Source: Macrostomum lignano (taxonomy: Eukaryota). Taken from it: DNA of 64,000 bases. The stretch covers positions 170,302 through 234,301 of the forward strand of contig NIVC01001816.1 of NCBI GenBank assembly GCA_002269645.1. The letters run 5' to 3'. The notes beneath the pieces are model-generated. The model had not been told where the DNA came from. It was given only the letters and a program-made list of their open reading frames with translations, and ran no database searches. The translations under genes and the position numbers were made by a program. Below, piece by piece: positions 11,895-25,100 of the stretch. Numbering within the stretch: position 1 is the first letter of the stretch; each line of letters starts with the position of its first letter.

Positions 11895-12715
11895 ACCAAT
11901 CAGTGAAATCCCAATCAGTGAAATCCCAATCAGTAGAATCCCAATCAGTGAAATCCCAATCGGTGAAATCCCAATCAGTGGAATCCCACTCAGTGGAATC
12001 CCAATCAGTGCAATTTTCTCAGTGGAATCCCAATCAGTCAAATCCCAATCAGTGAAATCCCAATCAGTGAAATCCAAATCAGTCAAATCCCAATCGGTGG
12101 AGTCCCAATCGGTGGAGTCCCAATCAGTAAATCAGTGAAATCCCAGTCAGTGGAGTCCCAATCGGTGGATTCCCAATCGGTGGATTCCCAATCAGTGGAA
12201 TCCCAATCAGTGGAATCCCAATCAGTGGAATCCTCTCAGTGAAATCCAAATCAGTGGAGTCCCAATCGGTGAAATCCCAGTCAGTGGAGTCCCAATCGGT
12301 GGATTCCCAATCAGTAAATCAGTGAAATCCCAGTCAGTGGAGTCCCAATCGGTGGATTCCCAATCAGTGAAATCCCAATCAGTGGAATCCCAATCAGTGG
12401 AATCCCAATCAGTGGAATCCTCTCAGTGAAATCCAAATCAGTGGAGTCCCAATCGGTGAAATCCCAGTCAGTGGAGTCCCAATCGGTGGAGTCCCAATCG
12501 GTGGAGTTCCAATCAGTGGAATCCCAATCAGTAAATCAGTGAAATCCCAGTCAGTGGAGTCCCAATCGGTGGAGTCCCAATCGGTGGAGTCCCAATCAGT
12601 GGAATCCCAATCAGTGAAATCCCAATCAGTCAAATCCCAATCAGTCAAATCCCAATCAGTGGAATCCCAATCAGTGGAATCCCAATCAGTGGAATCCCAA
12701 TCAGTGGAATCCAAC
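11895..12715. repeat. 15-bp minisatellite (AATCAGTGGAATCCC)n
   Basis: Directly visible tandem unit with variants. Confidence 0.9.
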
Positions 12716-12782
12716 TCAATGAAAGTGTTTATAAAGAGAATTTTTTAGAGACTGACTAATTCCAATTTCCAGAACAAAGGTC

Positions 12783-13028
12783 ATGAGTTCGAATCCTACA
12801 AACACATTTATTGCTGCTTTTAAATCGAAACTCCGCACAGTGCCGAAGCACAAGCTGGTCACGGTGTTTCTGTTTGGCAGCTTGTTCTCGAGCGGTATTG
12901 GCTACTATAAGTATAGGTTCTCTGACGATCACAGGTTAGACTTTATCGAGGCTGAGCTTGCTGAGATGAGAGCGAGGACTCGATTGCAGCAGCAGCAGCA
13001 GTTGGAATCCGCTCGCCAAGCGAAGTGA
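12783..13028 (+). CDS. Small (81 aa) predicted single-pass membrane protein, function unknown
   Basis: ATG preceded by branch-like CTGACTAAT, a pyrimidine tract and AG (12771-12772). Hydrophobic segment LVTVFLFGSLFSSGIGYY, then a charged helical tail with poly-Q like other host exons. GC/CpG-rich relative to flanks. Confidence 0.55.
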   Translation: MSSNPTNTFIAAFKSKLRTVPKHKLVTVFLFGSLFSSGIGYYKYRFSDDHRLDFIEAELAEMRARTRLQQQQQLESARQAK

Positions 13029-13091
13029 CCGCTTTTACTGCCTGCTTTTTGCTTGCTGGTACTGACTTCTTTGTTAAATCGCTAGAGGCAG

Positions 13092-13355
13092 GTGTGAGAT
13101 CTAGAGAGGTAGATGTGAGATCTAGAAAGGTAGATGTGAGATCTAGAAAGGTAGATGTGAGATCTAGAGAGGGAGGTGAGATCTAGAGAGGGAGGTGAGA
13201 TTTAGAAAGGGAGATGTGAGATCTTAAGAGGTAGATGTGAGATCTTAAGAGGTAGATGTGAGATCTTAAGAGGTAGATGTGAGATCTAGAGAGGGAGGTG
13301 TGAGATCTAGAGAGGGCGATCTGAGATTTAAACAGGGAGGTGTGAGATCTAGAGA
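13092..13355. repeat. ~17-19-bp minisatellite (GTGAGATCTAGARAGG core)
   Basis: Visible tandem units with AGATCT palindrome. Confidence 0.85.
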
Positions 13356-14204
13356 GAGTTGTACCGATACGCACCGTAGCTTTCAGGCGGAGTAGCTCGA
13401 GTTTATTTATTACGCTTTTAATATTTTCATATCACTTTAATAGCATAAATTTTGTCACAGTCGTTAAAATGTATTCAGCTATAGTAAATACCGATGTACG
13501 TTGTTTAAATAAAATTCTAATTTATGTCATGCTTGAATTGTATGCTAAGAACTCGAATTTAATTAGCTATTAACTATTTGAATATTTTATTTGAGCATGC
13601 ATGTACACTCTGTGCAAACAGTAAACATGGAAATGAATTCTTTAATGAATTAATTAATTTAAAAAACGCAGTTAAAATCTAATTTATCTAATACATAGAT
13701 AATTCTTTATTCTACGCAAAGAAACGTGTGTATAATTTAACAAAATTCATGTCTTGTACATGGTAAGGATCGCATGCATTTACACGGCGTGTACATGAAT
13801 TATGGTTACGGTTAGCATTGCGAAATATTTGTGGGAATATATAAAAATTGTTTTCTTATTTATAGAAGTCAACGAACAGAAAATGAATCTCTGGGTCTAA
13901 AAATATAAAAATATGGAGATCAACTACGTAATTAATCATTTTTAATTGCGGGTTGTTTTGAAAAGTTACGCTTGCAGTTAAGCTCGAGTTTTTATAAGAA
14001 TCGAATTTTAACAAAAACTACTAATAGTAGTTAAATAGTTTTTTGCGGTGTAGAAATAGGGAGATAAAAATAGTAAATCGGATTTCGCATCCAACACATT
14101 TTTCATGTTGCGTTTGCAACATCCAACATGATACATACAATGGGTGTGAGCACCCTGTGTTGCAGGGGAGTAGCATATGGCGCCTTTTGCACATAGTGAT
14201 GGCG

Positions 14205-15140
14205 ACAAATTATGAAATGGCGCCCCAATAACTAAGATGGTGCCACCACAACTCAAATGGCGCCACCAAAATTGAAATGGCGCCACCAAAACTGAAATGG
14301 CGCCACCACAACTAAAATGGCGCCACCAAAACTGAAATGGCGCCACCACAACTGAAATGGCGCCACCACAACTGAAATGGCGCCACCACAACTGAAATGG
14401 CGCCACCACAACTGAAATGGCGCCACCACAACTGAAATGGCGCCCCCATAACTGAGATGGTGCCACCAGAACTTAAATGGCGCCACCACAACTGAAATGG
14501 CACCACCACAACTGAAATGGCACCACCAAAACTGAAATGGCGCCACCACAACTGAAATGGCGCCACCACAACTGAAATGGCGCCCCCATAACTGAGATGG
14601 CACCACCACAACTAAAATGGCGCCACCAAAACTGAAATGGCGCCACCACAACTGAAATGGCACCACCAAAACTGAAATGGCGCCACCACAACTGAAATGG
14701 CGCCACCAAAACTGAAATGGCGCCACCACAACTAAAATGGCGCCACCAAAACTGAAATGGCGCCACCACAACTGAAATGGCACCACCAAAACTGAAATGG
14801 CGCCACCACAACTGAAATGGCGCCACCAAAACTGAAATGGCGCCACCAAAACTGAAATGGCGCCCCCATAACTGAGATGGTGCCACCAGAACTTAAATGG
14901 CGCCACTACAACTGAAATGGCGCCACCAAAACTGAAATGGCGCCACCACAACTGAAATGGCGCCACCAAAACTGAAATGGCGCCCCCATAACTGAGATGG
15001 TGCCACCAGAACTTAAATGGCGCCACCAAAACTGAAATGGCGCCACTACAACTGAAATGGCGCCACTAAAACTGAAATGGCGCCACCACAACTGAAATGG
15101 CGCCACCACAACTGAAATGGCGCCACTACAACTGAAATGC
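14205..15140. repeat. 20-bp minisatellite (CGCCACCACAACTGAAATGG)n
   Basis: Exact 20-bp register across many lines; explains the spurious 'GGAISVVVAPFQLWWRHFS' ORFs. Confidence 0.95.
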
Positions 15141-15494
15141 ACGCACTCAAAATGAAAACGATGCCTTTGAAATGACATTTTCTACGGGTTTACAGTGAAA
15201 ATCTACGGGTAGAGAGAATTGTGTTTAAACTGTTTAACAGTAAAGTATTTTAAACTATTTTTGGTTGCATTTAAAATGGATACCCATGCACATTATCCAT
15301 ATTAATGGCAGTAGAAAGTTTCACATTATAAACAGAAATTACAGCAATTAATTATATATAAGCTTGTTTCGTGTCGACTGGTAACATAGAAAAATAAGTG
15401 CGACTTTGTGTGTCCAAAAGCATGTTAAACCTGTTCAGCAGTATCCCGGCAAGTACTGGAATCTGTTTCTTAGAAAAAAATCACAGCTCCATCA

Positions 15495-18400
15495 TCACAC
15501 TGCAGTCATGGCCAGGCCTGTGGCCTCCCCAGCCTCCTCGGCCTGCACCATGGTGCACCTGGCGCCACTGACCGCCCGCGCAAGCAGGTCCGCCTGGCCG
15601 CGAAGCACGCGGACGTTCCAAGCGAAACTGTCGGCAATTTTGGCCACCTTGCGCGGCTTATAGCCGGCCGATGAGCACATGGGTGCCAAATCGTCGTAGA
15701 ACTGCATGCAGGCGGCCTCGCAGTCTTGCAGTCGGGTGTGCATGCCCGGCCCGAGCTGCATCAGCTTCTTGCTCTCCGTAACCAGCTGCAATTGTTTTGG
15801 AGAAAATGAAATTAGTACAAGGTTTTAATATGTCACAATACAAATTATACATGCAATATTCGTATCTTGCCTACTTTTAAGTAGTGCAGTTTGAATTTTT
15901 ACACAAATTAAATTACACAGTAAATATTCCCATTTTGACTACTTAAAAGTAGTGCAGTTTGAATTTTTACACATTATATTTCGCCATCCCTCTGCTTACT
16001 TATTAGTAGTTCACTAAGAATTTGATGCTATTGCGTCAAACCAACTCAAATAAACACACCGACCTGCTCAAACGCGACTAGAGATTTTTTCAACGGTTCA
16101 GGCAGCGGCACCAGCGCTTCCAGACAGGGGCAGCTGGCCTTGCAGATCATTCGGAGACCGACAGCCTGCGGGCCTGAAGTGGCTGTTGAGTCTGAGCCAG
16201 CAGCAGCAGAAGCCCCAGATGAGGCGGCAGCGGCGCAGCTGCTGGCTCTGGCGGCCATGACCCTGACGCACTGCTTCACATTGGCGATGTGCGACAGGCC
16301 GCAGGCGTCCTGCAGCCCGGCCAGCGCCCTGTCGAATCCCTCGCGCAGTCCGGCCGCCTCGCGCAGTGTCGGCAGAGCCGCTTTAAACGCGTCGTCGATG
16401 TCGCGAAATCCGGTCGGCCGGAGTCGCGGATAGCCGCCGCCGGACCCGATGGACTCGACTCGCTCGCCGCTGTCGCCGCCTCCGCCGTCGCTGCCACCGC
16501 TGCTGGTGCGCGCTTTTAAATTCGGTTCCAAAGAGGAGCCGACGTTGAAATTTGTTGAATTTGAAGATTTCTTGTTCGAGGAGGCGAAGCTTCGTTTGCC
16601 AAGACGGCCGCCGCCGTGCCGGTTCGTCACGGCCACGTGCAGGAACAGGTGCGCCTCCGGCAGCGGCTCGCCGTCGCTGTCTAGCAGGCGGACGTGTCGA
16701 TAGCCTGACAACGATTAAAAAAGCTGTAATTTAGGTTGCAATTTGCTTTGATTGCTACTGACCTAATTTTCAGTACGATTTTCAGGATTTTATTTGAAAT
16801 TTATTGAAAATATTCATCTGAAGAAGAAAATTACAAAATAAATTGTAAAACTTTTTCGTTTCAGCAGGATAGATTAGCAATCCATTCTGATAGGATAGAT
16901 TAGCAATCCATTCTGATAGGATAGATTAGCAATCCATTCTGATAGGATAGACTAGCAATCCATTCTGATAGGATAGATTAGCAATCCATTCTGATAGGAT
17001 AGATTAGCAATCCATTCTGATAGGATAGACTAGCAATCCATTCTGATAGGATAGATTAGCAATCCATTCTGATAGGATAGATTAGCAATCCATTCTGATA
17101 GGATAGATTAGCAATCCATTCTGATAGAATAGATTAGCAATCCATTCTGATAGGATAGATTAGCAATCCATTCTGATAGACTAGACTAGCAATCCATTCT
17201 GATAGAATAGATTAGCAATCCATTCTGATAGGATAGATTAGCAATCCATTCTGATAGAATAGATTAGCAATCCATTCTGATAGGATAGATTAGCAATCCA
17301 TTCTGATAGGATAGATTAGCAATCCATTCTGATAGGATAGATTAGCAATCCATTCTGATAGGATAGATTAGCAATCCATTCTGATAGGATAGATTAGCAA
17401 TCCATTCTGATAGGATAGACTAGCAATCCATTCTGATAGGATAGATTAGCAATCCATTCTGAAAGGATAGATTAGCAATCCATTCTGATAGGATAGATTA
17501 GCAATCCATTCTGATAGGATAGATTAGCAATCCATTCTGATAGAATAGATTAGCAATCCATTCTGATAGGATAGATTAGCAATCCATTCTGATAGGATAG
17601 ATTAGCAATCCATTCTGAAAGGATAGATTAGCAATCCATTCGGATAGGATAGATTAGCAATCCATTCTGAAAGGATAGATTAGCAATCCATTCGGATAGG
17701 ATAGACTAGCAATCCATTCTGATAGGATAGATTAGCAATCCATTCTGATAGGATAGATTAGCAATCCATTCTGAAAGGATAGATTAGCAATCCATTCTGA
17801 TAGGCTAGATTAGCCATCCATTCTGAAAGGATAGATTAGCAATCCATTCTGAAAGGATAGATTAGCAATCCATTCTGAAAGGATAGATTAGCAATCCATT
17901 CTGAAAGGATAGATTAGCAATCCATTCTGATAGGATAGATTAGCAATCCATTCTGATAGGATAGATTAGCAATCCATTCTGATAGAATAGATTAGCAATC
18001 CATTCTGATAGGATAGATTAGCAATCCATTCTGATAGGATAGATTAGCAATCCATTCTGAAAGGATAGATTAGCAATCCATTCTGATAAGGATAGATTAG
18101 CAATCCATTCTGATAGACTAGACTAGCAATCCATTCTGATTGGATAGATTAGCCATCCATTCTGATAGGCTAGATTATCAATCCATTCTGAAAGTGTTTT
18201 GAAAGTGCCAATTTCTTTAAGTAAAGTCGATCTGAGCAAGGAGAGCGAAATCCATTAAAGCTTTTCTAATTCAGTAATTGCAACAATGTCGAGTGCCCAC
18301 TTGGCTTCAGTCTTCAGCCACTCGGCTTACAGGACCCGCCTATTAATAGTAAGACACTTGACTAACGAGATTGATTAATTATAACCATTACAACTGAATC

Positions 18401-18725
18401 GAGGGGAATTGTAGGGAAAAATTACAACCAGAGCCTGGTACTGGAGCCGGCAACTCCATCAAGTGAAAGAATGCAGGCAACCTTCGAGTCGGGGTGAGGA
18501 ACCCTGGGAATTGTAGCTTTAGTTATCAGCATCAGCGTGAAAAGGCTGAGGGTGCGAACAGGCAGACAGACAGACATACACAGACAGACAGACACTAAGA
18601 CAGACAGACACTAAGACAAGACAGACACTAAGACAGGCAGACACTAAGACAGGCAGACACTAAGACAAGACAGACAGACAGACAGGCAGACACTAAGACA
18701 GGCAGACACTAAGACAGACAGACAA

Positions 18726-18758
<33 letters not shown>

Positions 18759-18765
18759 GGCACTA

Positions 18766-18814
<49 letters not shown>

Positions 18815-18850
18815 CTACAACAGACAGACAGACAGACAGACAGAGACTAC

Positions 18851-18909
<59 letters not shown>

Positions 18910-18917
18910 CGACAAAA

Positions 18918-18962
<45 letters not shown>

Positions 18963-18973
18963 CTAATACAGAC

Positions 18974-19008
<35 letters not shown>

Positions 19009-19097
19009 CTAAGACAGACAGACAGACAGACAGACAGACGGACAGACAGACAGACACTAAGACAGACAGACAGACAGACAGACGGACAGACACTAAT

Positions 19098-19173
<76 letters not shown>

Positions 19174-22100
19174 CAATACGATACAACACAGCAAGCATAG
19201 CTCAATCCAGGTCATTAATTCCAATTCCAATTTGCCAAGCTGTGTCCAACACTTGCGTGCGCGTGACTTGAAAGCTGAGCAGGGAGAGAGAGTGACGGAC
19301 TGCGGCAGACAGCAATCCAACCCAAGCAGCGCCCGTGCTGCATGCATTGATCAGCTGTTGAAACCACAGCACAGATTTGCTACGCATGCATTGCACTCGC
19401 CCCAAACATTCATATATTCGTAGAATCTCACCTGAGACTGTCATCTACAGGATGTACATGTAATCTCAACTGAGACTGTCATCTACAGGGACAAAATCTC
19501 ACATGAGATTGTCATGTACAGGTATTGAATTTCACATGAGACTGCCATCTAGAGGAATAGAATCTCACCTGAGACTGCCATTTACAGGGACAGAATCTCA
19601 CCTGAGACTGTCATCTACAGAGATAGAATCTCACCAGAGCCTATCATGTACAGGTATAGAATCTCACCTGAGACTATTGTCTAGTTCTCAGTAATCAAAC
19701 CCAGGTACTTTACGATAAAACAGGCGTACTAACCGCAACCGACTCTGCTTAACTTTCGCCCGCCCCACTCACCAGTCTGGATGCAGTCGAACGGAATCGT
19801 GAACTGGCCAATAAAGTCGTCACCGATTGCGTCATCGTCCAGCACCACGAGCCGCAGCAGGGCCAGCTCAGGCAGACTTACCCGGAACTCAAAGCACTCA
19901 TCGAATACCGGATTATAGCCGTTGCCATGCACCGTTTTCGTCCGCTCTTCAGAACAGTCAGCGGGCAGGCCGAACACTTCCACAACAACGCAGGGGTCGG
20001 TGACGTCGCCCTTAGCAACGGAGCCGCGTGGCTTCGGCAGCTGCGAGCCGCTGATGACGCGAATATGGAGGCTGTGCGGCGCCAAGTCCGAGCCGCCTCC
20101 GCCGCGCTGGGCGAGGAAGGCGAAAGTCTGGCGCATAGCGCCCGGCTTCAGCACGAAGCCGCAGGAGCCGTTCTTAGAAAACTGGCCTCGGTTTAAATCG
20201 GTCATGAGGCCGGGAGTCTGATGGTTGAGGCAGACCAGCTGACAGCCGCAGCTCCACATGTCCTGAGGGTTGTAGTTGCTGGAGTCCACCCGGATGGCGT
20301 TGGGCTGCACCTGCACCAGGCAGCGCCGGCTGTACTCCACCAGGCCGTCCATGTCCGACTGGGCCAGACGGAATGCGGCCGACTCGCTGATTGACCAAAC
20401 CTGCTGATGGAGCAGCTGGTGCTGCTGCTGGTGATCAGGCTGACGACGGGAGGCCGCCTGCGCCGAGTCGGATTCTGGGAATGAGGACAGGAGTAATTTT
20501 TGTTGGATTTTCCGAGCTCTGCAATTTGGATTTTCTTGGGGTTCCCCCGGGTTGGATTTCCTTTTGGCCTCCCGAGGTGGATTTCTTTGGGGTTCCCTGA
20601 GGTGGATTTCCTTGGGGGTTTCCCGAGGTGGATTTCCTTGAGGTTTCCCGAGGTGGATTTCCTTGGGGGTTTCCCGAGGTGGATTTCCTTGAGGTTTCCC
20701 GAGGTGGATTTTCTTGGGGGTTTCCCGAGGTGGATTTCCTTGAGGTTTCCCGAGGTGGATTTCCTTGGGGGTTTCCCGAAGTGGATTTCCTTGGGGTTTC
20801 GTAGGCGGACTTTATTGAGATTTTCCTACGTGGATTTTCTTGGGGTTTCACCCGGGGGTGGATTTCCATGGGGTTTTAGAGATTTCTTAGAAAATTATGA
20901 AATTTCCTGAGGATTTTCCAAGATTTATTAATGACTTTTGGGATTTTCCAAGACTTCCATGGAACTGAAAAGGACTTTTCCCAGGATCTAGTTGAGAAAA
21001 AAATTCTTTTTTCAGAACTTTTCAACTCACTATAAAAATGGAAGCAGCAGTCGTCCAAATCCGCGAACCGCTCGGAGCCCAGAGCTGCCAGATCCGACAG
21101 CTCCTGGCTCAGCTTGATCCGCCTGCCGCACTGCTGCTGCTGCTGAGGCGGCGGCGGCGGCTGCTGCTGCTGCTGCTGCTGCTGCAGGGACTGGTGTGAC
21201 TGATTTCCAGCCTTTTTAAACGCCTTGGGACTTCGATCGCGCTGAATATCCACATTGTCGTCCTCTTCGCTGACGTAGCCGAAGGCGACTGCGCTTTGCT
21301 GCACGGTGGCCACCTGCCGTTCGCAGCCAGCCGAAGCGCCACCTTCTGGCGGAGGCGGCAGCTTCTTGCACTTCACCAGGATGCGTCGGCGAAGTCGAGA
21401 CGGCGTCAACAGCCGAGGATCCGACAGCAGTTGAACGTCCGACTCGCTGGCAGAGCCGGGGTCCAGCAGCCAGTCGCCAAGGGTGGAACGAATGAGCTGC
21501 ACCATGCGGCACTGCTGGGCCAGGCTGCAGTGGTTCTCGATGCTCAGGATTAGCGGCATGCTGCGGGAGGGTTGAGGTGGCGCGTGCCAGACTCGTTGCA
21601 TCTTGAGGATCTTGAGGAATTCCCCTTCTCGGGGATTCCCATCTTGAGGGATTTCCCCTCCATAGAGATTCCTGATCTTGAAGGATTTCCCATCGTGAAG
21701 GATTTCCCATTAAGATGGATTTGCATCCTGGGGGATTTCCCATCTTTATAGATTTAAAATCTTGAGGGATTTCCCATCTTTAGGGATTTCCGATCTTGAG
21801 GGATTTCCCATCTTTAGGGATTTCCCATCTTGAGGGATTTCCGATCTTGAGGGATTTCAAATTTTGAGGGATTTCCCATCTTGAGGGATTTCGCATCCTG
21901 AGGGATTTCCCATCTTGAGGGATTTCGCATCCTGAGGGATTTCCCATCTTGAGGGATTTCGCATCCTGAGGGGTTTCCCATCTTGAGGGATTTCCCATCT
22001 TTAGGGATTTCCCATCTTGAGGGATTTCCGATCTTGAGGGATTTCCCATCTTGAGGGATTTCCCATCTTTAGGGATTTCCCATCTTGAGGGATTTCCGAT

Positions 22101-25100
22101 CTTGAGGGATTTCAAATTTTGAGGGATTTCCCATCTTGAGGGATTTCGCATCCTGAGGGGTTTCCCATCTTGAGGGATTTCCCATCTTGAGGGATTTCAA
22201 ATTTTGAGGGATTTTCCATCTTGAGGGATTTCCCATCTTGAGGGATTTCCCATCTTGAGGGATTTCCCATCTTGAGGGATTTCCCATCTTGAGGGATTTC
22301 CCATCTTGAGAGATTTCCACTCCAGAGGGATTTTCCATCGTAAATGATTTCCCATTTGAGGATCGTCAGGAATTCCCCATTTTGAGGATTTCTTTAACTT
22401 AAGGATTTCATATTTTAAGGGATTGCCCATCCTAAGGGATTGCACTATTTTGAGTTCCGTTTTCCTATGGAATTTTTACATTTTACATAATTGTTACATG
22501 AGGGATTTCCCCATCATAAGAGAAATTTCTGCATCCTGACGGATTGCCATTCTGGGATATTTTTTCATCATGAGAGATTTACCAATGCGTTTTACGAATA
22601 CTTCTTTTTAGAGCAATAAAAAAATAATTTTAAAATATTGGCAATAGATTTTTCGGCATCTCTCAAGGCACCCTGCCGCTAATTACCCCGTAGCGCATGC
22701 AGGAGCTCGTCTCTTCATCTACCTTAACGACAGGACTTCAATTAAATTAATTAGACCCAGTTAGTGTCCTGTCAGCAGGTGCAATTAACATAATTATAAT
22801 TTTTCAGGATAAAATCCTGAGAAATCAAATCGGCTTAAAGAAAGATAATTAATTAGCTTCATCAAATGTATTCAGTTTCATTTGTGCTGATTGCAGTTCT
22901 CAGAATTTGTTCGATTTCGAAGATAAAAAGCTTAAGTCGTTCCTAGAGACTTCCTAGCTGTTTCTAAAATCCCAAATTCTGGTCCCATCCCTACAGAAAT
23001 CCCACACCCTGACCTCAACTCCGTGAGACATCCCACACCCTGACCACACCCCAATAGAAAATCTAATATTTGATCCCATCTCAATAAAAATCCCACACTC
23101 TGATCCCATAACCAATAGAAATCCTACAACCCGATCCCATACCCAATAGAAATCCCACACCCCGATCCCACCTCCAATAGAAATCCCACACTCTGATTCC
23201 ACCTCCAATAGAAATCCCACACTCTGATTCCACCTCCAATAGAAATCCCACACTCTGATTCCACCTCCAATAGAAATCCCACACTCTGATTCCACCTCCA
23301 ATAGAAATCCCACACTCTGATCCCATACCCAATAGAAATCCCACACTCTGATCCCATACCCAATAGAAATCCCACACTCTGATCCCACCTCCATTAGAAA
23401 TCGCACACTCTGATCCCACCTCCAATAGAATTCCCACACTCTGATCCCATACCCAATAGAATTCCCACACTCTGATCCCATACCCAATAGAAATCCCACA
23501 CCCGATCCCATACCCAATAGAAATCCCACACTTTGATCCCATCCAAAAATCCCACACTTTGATCCCATACCCCAGAGCACTCACTCGGTCTTGTAGAAGG
23601 CGAACTGCCTCACGGTATCCAGGACATCCCGCAGGCCAATCTTGCTGGTGAGGGTGTGGCCGTGGTATATGATCGGCTCATCATTGGGGCCGTTCCACAC
23701 TTCGACTGGAATCAAATCATTAATGAGGCTGATTGTAAATCTAACAAAATTAAGTTTTTGATTTAATATACTGACTAGAAACACAAGCAAGATAACAATC
23801 TACCAACTCACGCTCAATGTAACGAACTTGCGACTTCAACGCTTTCTCGTAGCCTTCAACGCTGGACTTCCCTTTTAATTGGTCCTCAAGCAGGTAGCTG
23901 CATTTCAAGGTTAGGATAAAATCTCGTTTGGTGGGCAAAAAACTCCCTCCCCCCGGCTAAAGTGAAACCAATCAGGATTTCTACATACGTGTTATGCGAC
24001 GAGTTAATAAAGTAGTGCGTTAGCGGCTGCTCCATGTCCTGGCACACTGCCAGGTGCTCAGGGTCGAAAATATCGCAGAATTCCGATTGAAGAAAGGCGG
24101 TGAATCCTGGATCAGGGTTTTGGAGGGATAACAAAATTTATAGTTGTCATGTTGAGCCATTTTGGATATGGGATATAGGATTCGGGATATGGGTTATAGG
24201 ATTCGGGATATAAGATATAGGATAAGGGATATGGTATTCATGAAATTCGGGATTTGGGATTTGAGATTCGGGATTTAATATTTGGGATTTGGAATTTGAG
24301 ATTTGAGATTCGGGATTAGAGATTTAGGATTTGGGATTCGAGATTTGAGATTTGGGATTTGAGATTCAGGATTTGAGATTCAGGATTTAAGACTTGAGAT
24401 TTGGGATTTGGGATTCGGGATTTGGGATTCGGGATTTGGGATTCAAGATTTGAGATTTGGGATTTGGGATTCGGGATTTGGGATTTGGGATTCGGGATTT
24501 GGGATTCGAGATTTGAGATTTGGGATTCGGGATTCGGGATTGAGGATTTAGGATTTGGAATCCTGGCTTTGGAATTTAGGATTCGGGGCTTATTATTTGA
24601 GGTTTTCAACGCCACTAACGTACGTGGTATTGGAAATGTCACATACTGTACAGGATTAAGTGCTAGGACAAACCATCAGGGATCTTTTACATGTACTGGT
24701 TTACTCAAAATCCCATTAAACGTAGACCCACCGTCAATGCCCAGCTGCCCTTTAGCCCGACCCTCTGTAGACGGCTCGAACTGGTTAATAATTTCCGAGC
24801 ACTTCTCTTTGCTAACTTTCGAATTCTGAAATAAAGACACGAGCTCGAGTTAAGAACTGTCGATCATACAAAGATCAATAAAAGTTATGAGCACCGTACC
24901 CCCTGTTCGGCTTCGAGAAACATGAGCAGATCTTCTGTAGACAAATAGTCTCCATCTGATGAGTATCTGCGCATTGGTGAAATTAGTCAAGTTAAGGTGC
25001 GACTCAAAAGGCAATGCAATCAATGCGGTGATTAAACTTTGGTCAGAACAATCTTTACTGAAGTATCTGATCTGGGGTGTCCGAGGGATCTGGGGTGTCC

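Noticed and set aside
12900-13028. Faint resemblance of the microprotein tail (D..D.IE..L...ARQAK) to the BRF2 TBP-anchor end
   Set aside because: Low-complexity helical sequence, the intervening TM segment argues against it, and no convincing donor exists before the BRF2-like stop.
14008-15178. Long hydrophobic ORFs (GGAISVVVAPFQLWWRHFS)n
   Set aside because: 20-bp tandem repeat open in several frames; no unique coding sequence.
16866-18190. Regular arrays (also 26385-27625, 43812-44590, 49405-50180) superficially like CRISPR
   Set aside because: Units are head-to-tail with no unique spacers, there are no cas genes, and the context is eukaryotic intron.
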